Below are positions 1 to 64,000 of a stretch of 64,000 bases of DNA, in pieces. The translations under genes were made by a program, and so were the position numbers. Location: positions 45,508,001 to 45,572,000 of the forward strand of contig OX597823.1 of the NCBI GenBank assembly GCA_951406725.2, written 5' to 3'. The DNA comes from Octopus vulgaris. Its lineage: Eukaryota. The notes beneath the pieces are model-generated. The model did no database searches, was not told the DNA's origin, and worked only from the letters and a program-made list of their open reading frames with translations. The stretch's first letter is position 1. The number at the start of each line of letters is the position of its first letter.

Positions 1-138
1 ATTCAACTGTAGCTATGTTGGGGCACTGCCTTCAAGAGTTTAATAAGCCAAATCAGCCCTTATTTTTAAGTTTGGTACTCATTCTACTGGTAAGTTATGT
101 GGGATACAAACAAATCAGCACCAGTTAAGCACACAAAC

Positions 139-177
<39 letters not shown>

Positions 178-180
<3 letters not shown>

Positions 181-610
181 TCATCATCATCATCATCATC
201 ATCATTTAACGTCCGTTTTCCATGGTAGCATGGGTTGGATGGCTCGACCGGGGTCTGGTAAGCCATGAAGGCTGTACCAGGTTCCAGTCTGGTTTGGCAG
301 TGTTTCTATGGCCGGATGCCCTTCCTAATGCCAACGACTCCGTGAGTGTAGTGGGTGTTTCTTACGTGCCACCGGCATAGGGCCAGAGGAGGCTGGCAAA
401 CGGCCACGATCGGTTGGTGTTTTAACATGCCACCAACACGGACGCCAGTCAGGCGGCGCTGGCATCTGCCATGTTTGGACAGTGCTTTTTACATGTCACT
501 GGCACAGGTGTCTTAACAACAGTTTCCATTTGATTTTTATTTTGATGTTGGTGCTGACGTAGTTGACTCAATAGGTCTCCTCAAGAACAGTGGGTCACTC
601 TACGATCCAG
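178..610 (-). mobile_element. RTE-associated retroposon 3' region (family D) with (GAT)n tail
   Basis: Reverse complement of the repeat 'gttggcattaggaagggcatcc...ccaacccatgct..catggaaaacggacgttaaatgatgat' that recurs about 9 times in the window. Confidence 0.8.
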
Positions 611-644
611 TGCGTGTGTGTGTGTGTGTGTGCCTGTATGTGCA

Positions 645-1405
645 TGTGAGTGTGTACAACAGTTATGCTTGTGTATGAACAACTACACTACATGGTAATG
701 AGACATGGCTGGGACTACTGAGAATGTGCCAATGCTTGGTAGAAATGAAGCCAGCATGCTCTGCTGTATGGGTAATATTAGTGTGCTTGTACAAGAACAT
801 GTAAATTATTTAAGAGAAGAATTGGGGTATAAAAGGTATCTGCTGTCCTGTGCCAGACAGAACTGTACTGGTGTGGTCATGTGATGTGTATGGATGAGGA
901 TAGCTGCATAAAGAAGAGCTGATCTCTAATTGTGGAAGGAACATGTACAAGGTGTAGACCCAAGAGGACATGGGAAGGAGTGGTGAGAGAGGATCTTCAG
1001 ACACAAGGCCTCACTGAGAAGCTGACAAGGGACTGAGACTTCTGGTAATTTGGTGTGCTTGAGAAGACATGTCAAGCTAAGTAAAATCGTGACCATCAAT
1101 ACATACAGGCATTTCCCTTTGTTAGCTGAGAGATCCTTAGGCTTGTGGGTACTGGTGTCTCATAAAAGCACCCATATTGGTGCCATATAGAAAAGCACCC
1201 ATTCAAGGCTTCCATACTGATGCCATGTAAAAAGCGCCCAGTCCACTTTGTAAAATGGTTGGCATTAGGAAGGGCAGCCAGCTGTAGAGACCATGCCAGA
1301 ACAGACAATTAGGGAGAGGCCAGTTTCCTGGCTAGCAAGCTCCTGTCAAACTATCCAACCCATGCCTGCCAGGGAAATTGTTGCTAAATGATTATGATGA
1401 TGATG
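645..1405 (+). mobile_element. Decayed RTE-clade LINE, RT C-terminus plus family D 3' UTR
   Basis: Frameshifted HGNETW...RNEASML...WCGHVMCMDEDSCIKK, followed by the family D tail. Confidence 0.8.
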
Positions 1406-1469
1406 ATATATATATATATATGTATATATATGATGATATATATATATATGTATATATATAATATATATA

Positions 1470-2801
1470 CTAACCTGACGGTTGTCAATTTCTTAGACGT
1501 TTCCTTAGATCTTAATAAGAATATTTATAAGCCTTATAGGAAGCCTAATGATAGACTAAGCTATATTAATGTAGGTTCATGCCATCCCCCTATAGTATTC
1601 AAAAATTTAGTTAAAAATATTAGTAAGAGGATTTCTAGCCTCTCCTCTGATGAGGACATCTTCAATAGTGTTGCCCCAGTTTATAATAAGGCTTTAAAAG
1701 ATAGTGGTTTTAGCGAAAAAATAAAATATACACCTATCACTAGCCCAACAGTAAGGAAAAGGAATAATAGAAATAGGAAGGTCATCTGGTTTACTCCCCC
1801 TTACTCACCCGAGGTGGCCTTCAATATAGGTAAATATTTCCTAGCACTGATAGATAGACATTTTCCAGCTAACCATACTTATAGGAAACTCTTCAATAGA
1901 CACAATTTAAAAATTAGTTTTAGTTCAACTACCAATTTTAAAAACATAATCAAACATAACATACAAAAAACACAACAAGAAAACAGCTGTTCATGCAGGA
2001 ATAAAGAATTGTGCCCGCTAAATGGAGCTTGCATGTCCAAGACCATCATATATGAAGCTACCGTAAAATCTATAACCACTAAAGACACCGTTTCAACGAA
2101 GAAATACGTGGGCCTTACAGAGGGTAATTTCAAGGCCAGGTTCAATAACCATACTTTGAGCTTTAGGCACTGGAACAAAGAAAAGCGACACAATTATCTA
2201 ATCATATTTGGTCTTTAAGAGATAAAGGTGTCGATTATAACATACAATGGAAGATTTTGGCCAGATGTAAGCCCTATACCAACAGCAGTGGAAGGTGCGG
2301 TCTATGCGACATGGAGAGATGGCTTATCTGGAAAAGCAGCTTAGACCCTACTACATGTCTAAATACAAGGACAGAGCTTTTCGGATCATGCCCACATGTG
2401 ACTAAATTTCTGTTACGTTTTTGGTCCCCTAAAGAAAACAGATAGAACATGCTTTCTATGTTATGTCCCAAGAAGAATTTATATATTTTTTATATATTTT
2501 TATATATTTTTTATGTATTTTTATATAATTTTTATGACGAAAAATGCGAGCGATGTATAAGTACGCAGGCAAACAGAGTTATAACAGAGTAATTTCCCTT
2601 TATTTAACGGTATTTTTTCCTAGCGTTTTCAAATAGCCAGATAACCGATGAGATGGTGTTGTGGATTTCCACTTCGGCATCTGAAACTCAGAGTTTTATC
2701 TTGACTACCGAGTAATGTAACATATTATTGTATAGATAAATTTCCTCTATTTACATAATATTGAGGTCTCTTTCATTCTTTTGTTATCTTACCGTTTTAT
2801 C
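1470..2801 (+). mobile_element. Penelope-like retroelement (Neptune-type), 5'-truncated: RT thumb, Cys-rich linker, GIY-YIG endonuclease, 3' pLTR
   Basis: VNFLDVSLDL..YRKPND..SCHPP..VIWFTPPYS..CSCRNKELCPLNGAC..IIYEATV..YVGLTEGNFKARFNNH; one frameshift near 2183 continues ATQLSNHIWSL..WKILARCKPY..CGLC..LNTRTEL..CPH to a stop at 2445; (TA)n on both sides. Confidence 0.92.
2639..2701 (+). ncRNA. Type I hammerhead ribozyme motif (decayed core) in the Penelope-like 3' end
   Basis: AGATAA-CCGATGA-GATG...CATC-T-GAAAC-TCAGA-GTT-TTATCT; stem I 6 bp, palindromic stem III ACTC/GAGT. Confidence 0.7.
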
Positions 2802-2839
2802 AATATATATATATATACATACATGTGTGTGTATATTTT

Positions 2840-2997
2840 GGTGCAGGTGTGGCTTTGTGGTAAAAACTTTGCTTCCCTACCACATAGTTCTGGGTTCAGT
2901 CCCACTGCATGGTATCTTGGGCAAGTGTCTTCTACAATAACCTCAGATTAACCAAAGCCTTGTGTGTGGACTTGGTAGATGGAAACTAGAGGAAACT

Positions 2998-3040
<43 letters not shown>

Positions 3041-3280
3041 CATATATATGTGTGTGTGTTTCTTTATGACAGTTTATGTCACCCTATCTCTGTTTGACAA
3101 CCAGTGTTGGTGAGTTTACATCCCCATAACTTAGCAGTTTGGCAAAATGAGTCCGATAGAATTAGTACTAGGCTTGATAAAAACAAGTCCTGAGGTCGAT
3201 TTGTTCAACTAGAACCCTTCAAGGCAGTGCTCCAGCATGGCCACAGTCAAATGAGTGAAACACGTAAAAGAATAAAAGAA
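2840..3280 (+). mobile_element. tRNA-derived SINE family A, full length, internal (TA)/(TG) microsatellite
   Basis: A/B-box-like head (tggctttgtggt..gggttcagtcc), tail ccagcatggccacagtcaaatgagtgaaac..aaaagaataaaag; more than 10 copies or fragments in window. Confidence 0.85.
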
Positions 3281-3973
3281 TGTGTATGTGTGTGTGTGTA
3301 TATACATGCACGCACCTACCCATGGGTGAATGAACAAACAAAAGAAAGTAGCCTCCAGTATGTTTGGTCGGAGTTACATGTATTTAATAGCGAGACGTAA
3401 TATCTTCAAGTCTTCCTCAGTCTCTCTTTTCCACATTATTTATTTTGAATGCTTGCCACTTGCTTATGCTATTGTCATTTTCCATCTGCCTCATTTGCTC
3501 ATGCCATCACAGTCTCTTCTCTTGCATAATACATCTGATTTCTCTTATATCCACCTTATTTCTCCCTTCCTTTGTACTGCGCCATTTATGCTCTCTAGCA
3601 TGGCACATTAAGCAAAATGTTTGTAGTGTGCACAGAGAGAAAGAGACACACACACACACACACAAACACGCACACACACACATACACAATCATATACAGA
3701 CACGCACACACAAAATATTTTTTTTTATCATTTTGCATTCTTTTTCCCATGCTGGCAAGTATTGGCTGGATCTCACAATGAGTCATTGCTTGTTGCAGTC
3801 CTTCACCATGTGATGCATATAACTACAGAGAAAGCTGGCCAAGCTGAATATTTCGTTTTACACTAATCACTTGACTATGAAGCAAGAGTGGAGCCTGTCT
3901 TTGGCTAAGTTGACTGAGGCAAACAAACTTATGAAATTTATCTATTGACAAAACTAGAGTTGGTGCTTTAGAG

Positions 3974-4289
3974 TAGTGGTTCTCAAAGTGGGCAGTAGTG
4001 CCCCTCTGGGGGTTGTAGAAAGATCTGAGGTGTGTGTGTGTGTGTGTGGGGGTCATTGAAGAAAAGTTGGGATGATAATGGGGTGGCCAAAAGGGGGCAA
4101 TGGATGTATAAAAAAACCCCAAAATAATGAGTTAATTAGGTGAAGCTTTATTTGTGAAATACAGTTGTTTTGAATTTGTTGTAGAAAGGGCTCTATATTT
4201 GTGGTGGTGAGTGATGGTGGGGTGTTGGCACTAAGAGTATGACCTGGGTGTGAAAGGGAGCAACAGCTCGAAAAGTTTGAGAACTTCTG
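3974..4289. mobile_element. hAT (Charlie/Buster-type) MITE
   Basis: TIRs tagtggttctcaaa / tttgagaacttctg; imperfect 8-bp TSD ctttagag / gtttagac. Confidence 0.65.
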
Positions 4290-4426
4290 GTTTAGACCTT
4301 CATAACAAATACTTAACCAGTATTGATCATTCAAAAAGTGCAACTTAAAAATTAAAAAAAAAACACCAATAATAAACAGGACAGCAATCAACAATTTTTA
4401 GCAATTAAGTAATTAATTTCACTGAC

Positions 4427-59870
<55,444 letters not shown>

Positions 59871-61693
59871 CTGCAAAAGAATAATGACAACCAATATTTT
59901 CAGAAATATTTGTTTGATTTAAAATTTTTTCAATATAATATTTAATCAGTTTCAATATTGTTATATGCAGCTTTGAAACATTATTTGAAGCAGTCTACAG
60001 CATATAGAAGAAAATAATTGATCTTGACTTCATACCATGGATGTAATTAGTTCAATGTTTGGGTAAAAACTCAGATAAAGTACAAGATTTATTCATATAT
60101 AATTAACAACTTTGCAGAATTTTAAATTTAAGTATAAAGAATGCATATACATGCAAACTAATGTTACCTGCTTTTCCAACCAGATGTGTTACTATATTGT
60201 GGATGGGCTGATTGAAATAAGTTTGTTTTATCTGGTATCCAAACTAATTGCTGTGTAATAAAAAGTTTAAAATATCAACGTTACATTTTTCTGATTGTAA
60301 TAATATACTAAATGTTCATCACAGCTGGCAGAAACATGTTTCATTGAAGAAACCCCCTCAACCTTAAGAATAGAAGGCCAAAATATAATACTGACATTAT
60401 AGAAAATGCTTCTTGAAGCAATCAAGAAGCAATACATGCAGATATTATCATGATCAAAATGTCAACTGAAAATATAAAAAAAATTCTGTTCCTGAAATAC
60501 TGTATTTATTATAATGAACACTCACTATTGAAATAAACATGTTTTTGACGAAAGTATTTAAATGGAAATATTTACATTCTGCATTATGCCTTTTATATAA
60601 TTTCCAGCTAGTTGACCATTTATAGTTTGAATTAACAGTAAATACATTTTTACAGTAAAATTCTAAGATCACATTTAAATTTGCTTATTGATTTGAAGAT
60701 AAACAAAATTTTACACTGTATGTTAGACAGCAATTATAGTAAAACTGACTAAACACTTTGTTTTCAATACAGCATAATACTAAAGAAAAAGTGTGTACAG
60801 TATATGTAGGAGAATTTTTTTCTGGAGTCTGATAGCTCTAACTGATGGACTTTATACATGAGTGCACATTATATATTAATAAATACTGTGCTATAATGTA
60901 TTGCATGTTATACGTTAATTTTTTTGCATTAGTCTGAAGGATTTTCTGTAATTTCATTGGGGTTATAAATATTCTTATGTTGTTAAAAATAAGGATAGTT
61001 TTATAAATTATAAGAATTGCATATCTGTTCAAATGAACAGATAAAAACAATAAGTTTTGTGCATAAAGAGTTTGACTTAGTATTTAACAGTAAAATTTGA
61101 TCTTGACCAATAGATTGAGACCAGGAAGTCGTAGATGTGAAGGTGCATGTTATCCACAGAAAAGCATAGGTCACAACAGTATGTAAACATGTAGGCACTT
61201 GGATCAACATAACTGACAACATTTTTGCTTATTACATTTTTCTCTGGTTCACTGATGAATTAACGAAAGCTATAAAAATTTAATTACAGAATAATGAAAC
61301 TATATAAAAACACTACAATAATAATTACAAAACACTTAATGATTTACATGTAATTATCATTATTCCAAAACATCTTTTATCACAATATTCAGGAAAAAAC
61401 TGAGTTGTATAAAGAATTCTTGATTTCTGTTGCTATTGTTCTTATTTCCCATTCTGCTTAAAGCAACATAAAACTAATTTTACTCCAACTCACTCATATT
61501 TTAATTATCACCCTAACACTAATTCTTTGCCTGTGTGCCAGTCAGGGCAATGTAATAAATGCCTCATCCTTGCATACACTTTCATTTTACTTCTCTTACC
61601 AACACTCATTTCCATTTGTTGTTCAACAGCCACCTACTTCTACACTATCTAATTAATACAACAACAAATAAATAAACATATCTAATTATCAAA

Positions 61694-61887
61694 TGAGGGG
61701 GTGTTGAAAAGTTCCTTGCATTGGGTAAAAGAAAACACAGGAAAATCACTTAATTATGATTTTATTCCCCTTATTGCAGTGATTCTTCAGTATTTCTAAA
61801 CTTTGAAAAAAAAATCAGAAGGTTGGGCCTCTAACTAAGCCTTTCACAATACCCTTAAAGCCAGAAACTTTTCAGCCACCCCACTCA
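61694..61887 (-). mobile_element. Mariner-derived MITE
   Basis: Reverse-oriented sibling of 26288-26712; TIR gagggggtgttgaaaagttcc / aaacttttcagccacccc. Confidence 0.7.
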
Positions 61888-62616
61888 TATATGCATGATG
61901 TTACAGTTTTCAGTGTGTTTGTATTAGTCAGGAATGCTGCAAAGCCTTTTGTCCAGCATGCTAACAATTCTGCTACCTTGCCACCCAGATGTTTCAATAT
62001 ATTTCAGTAAAAATTGTTCTGATTATATATTTTTTAATGATTGTTAGATGGTTAAGTAACTTACTTTCTCATCACTGAGAACAAACTCTTCCACAACATT
62101 TACTTCAATCTTGAGAGCATCAGATACCTATGGCAATCAGACAAAAAAATATTTTAATGTTTATATGCAACCAGCATATTATACATATACAATGCTATCA
62201 ACTATTACAATATCTCAGGACAATGACCTTAACATAATGTTTTTTTTTTATTAGCTTTACCAGATTATTGACTGGGATAAAATTTCCTCATAAATTGTTT
62301 TTATTATTCAGGGTGTACTAAAGTCTTCTTGGCACTTTATAATGGACTTTCCAATATTAATCCAATCAGAAAGAAGATAACATGATTTGTTTCTTATTTA
62401 TCTTCTCCTGTAGCTTATCACATGTGCGTTACTCACTGACTGTTCCAATACAGCTTGAACTTCATGTCATTAGCCATTAATCTGCTGCAGCAAATATGCA
62501 GTTACTTCAATAAACCAGGAAATGTGAAAAACATAAAAAAATTTAATCAAAACAATTCATATGGGAATAAGAAACAGAAAAATCTCTAGGCCAAAAACTT
62601 GTGACCAAAATCATAA

Positions 62617-62692
<76 letters not shown>

Positions 62693-63034
62693 CCCACCAT
62701 GAAAGAAATCAATACCAGAATCAGCTCAGATGTCAAAGGAACTTTACATTTTGCATTTCATTTGGCATGTATCTTAATGTTTCATGTGTCACAAACAAAT
62801 GAATTATAACTCATTAATATTTCAATCAGAAGTTTTGACGCTTATTTTAAATACTCAATAAAATCTTCTTTCAGTGTTTAGCTACCATAGAATTTTGATA
62901 AGGAATCATCATGAATAACAAAATGATACTTTCTTAAAATTAAGCATAAAAGCTGAGGCATTTAGGTTTACTTATCCTACACAAAATGTAATATATACAA
63001 CTTCAGCTAACAAATTTTTGCTTATTCTTACCCA

Positions 63035-63228
63035 TCATGTTGGTGCTATGTAAAATGCACCCAGTACACTTTGTAAAGTGGTTGGCATTTGGATGGGCAT
63101 CCAGTCATAGAAACCATGTCAAAACATACAATTGGAGTCTGCTGCAGCTCTCTGGTTTGTCAGCTTTTGTCAAACCATCCAACCCATGTTAGCATGGAAA
63201 ATATGGGTGTTGAAGGATGATGATGATT
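63035..63228 (+). mobile_element. Family D retroposon tail
   Basis: Family D match. Confidence 0.8.
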
Positions 63229-63456
63229 CTGAAAATTAAAAGTCTTAAAGACCAAAGTTATATCACCACAAAATCATTTCTTTTAGGGTTATAAGACCCA
63301 TTTGTGCAAGTGGGGTATAACAGTTAAATCAACACTCGTAGGATTTTTTATGGTGTTGATCACATACATGCAAAAGAATATGAAGCTGATATCAAATAGT
63401 GGCCAAATGATTAAAAATGTCCCGAGTTCATATCTCACATACTATGAGATCTAAAT

Positions 63457-63764
63457 GTGGAGGCACAATGGCCCAGTGGTTAGGGCAGTGGACTCGCGGT
63501 CGGAGGATCACGGCTTCGATTTGCAGACTGGGTGTTGTGTGTGTTCATTGAGTGAAAACACCTAAAAGCTCCACGAAGCTCTGGCAGGCGGTGGGGGTAA
63601 CCCCTGTTGTACTCTTTTGCCACAACTTTCTCTCACTCTCACTTCCTGTTTCTTGAGTAACACTGCGATGGACTGTCATCCCATCCAGCTGGGGGGAACA
63701 CATACGCCACAGAAACCAGGACCATGAGCCTGGCTAGGCTTGAAAAGGGCGAAAAGAAAAAAGA
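63457..63764 (+). mobile_element. tRNA-derived SINE family E, full length with 13-bp TSD
   Basis: TSD atgagatctaaat at 63444-63456 and 63765-63777; tggcccagtggttaggg A box; A-rich tail. Confidence 0.88.
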
Positions 63765-64000
63765 ATGAGATCTAAATCCAATTATGTTATTCACTTTATG
63801 TCAATCTGGTTAAATGTAACTAATTATCATTTGTGAGAATTACCATGTGAAAATTACTATTTCAACAGGTGAGTAATCTATAAGTAGCCAACCTTATACA
63901 GCTTAAAAGTACAAAAGCAATCCATATGCTCATTATCATCATTTAACGTTTGTTTTCCATGCTGGTATGGGTTGAATGGTTTCACAGAAGCTGGCAAGCT

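Noticed and set aside
3823-3895. Possible next dynein exon (cag GCT CCA CTC TTG, APLLL)
   Set aside because: Does not match the expected AHLLxVFDN continuation and runs into a stop; the next exon probably lies beyond position 1
60168-60250. Exon-like segment (acacag ... AG|gtaaca) upstream of the first dynein exon found
   Set aside because: Wrong end phase for exon 59796-59870 and no resemblance to the dynein N-terminus
61252-61275. CTGATGA-ATTAAC-GAAAGCTA
   Set aside because: No stem II or stem I pairing; likely chance
62437-62490. Exon-like segment ending in gtgagt
   Set aside because: The phase-0 frame contains a TGA; no dynein similarity

Overview
AT-rich, microsatellite- and SINE-dense animal genomic DNA. 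The repeat families point to an octopus (coleoid cephalopod) genome, which is an inference. The window lies inside one large minus-strand gene, an axonemal outer-arm gamma-type dynein heavy chain (DNAH5/DNAH8-like). I reconstructed 28 GT-AG exons by hand (59870 down to 4427; 4857 nt, 1619 codons, all splice phases consistent). They cover the N-terminal tail (DHC_N1) and most of the linker (DHC_N2). The start codon and the AAA motor exons were not found in the window. The introns hold several tRNA-derived SINE families, RTE and CR1/L2-like LINE relics, mariner/pogo/hAT/piggyBac-type elements, a short Helitron and a Penelope-like (GIY-YIG) retroelement. The most notable unannotated signal is a set of minimal type I hammerhead ribozyme motifs, mostly in Penelope-type fragments. 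One sits in the 3' end of the GIY-YIG element, one has an intact core on the dynein pre-mRNA strand (14704-14745), two form an inverted pair making a ~360-nt hairpin next to a splice donor (28968-29331), and further copies are decayed. Other signals are long intronic hairpins, direct repeats bracketing an exon and a Cys-rich segment in the dynein tail. Most ORFs in the supplied track are microsatellite or SINE artefacts.
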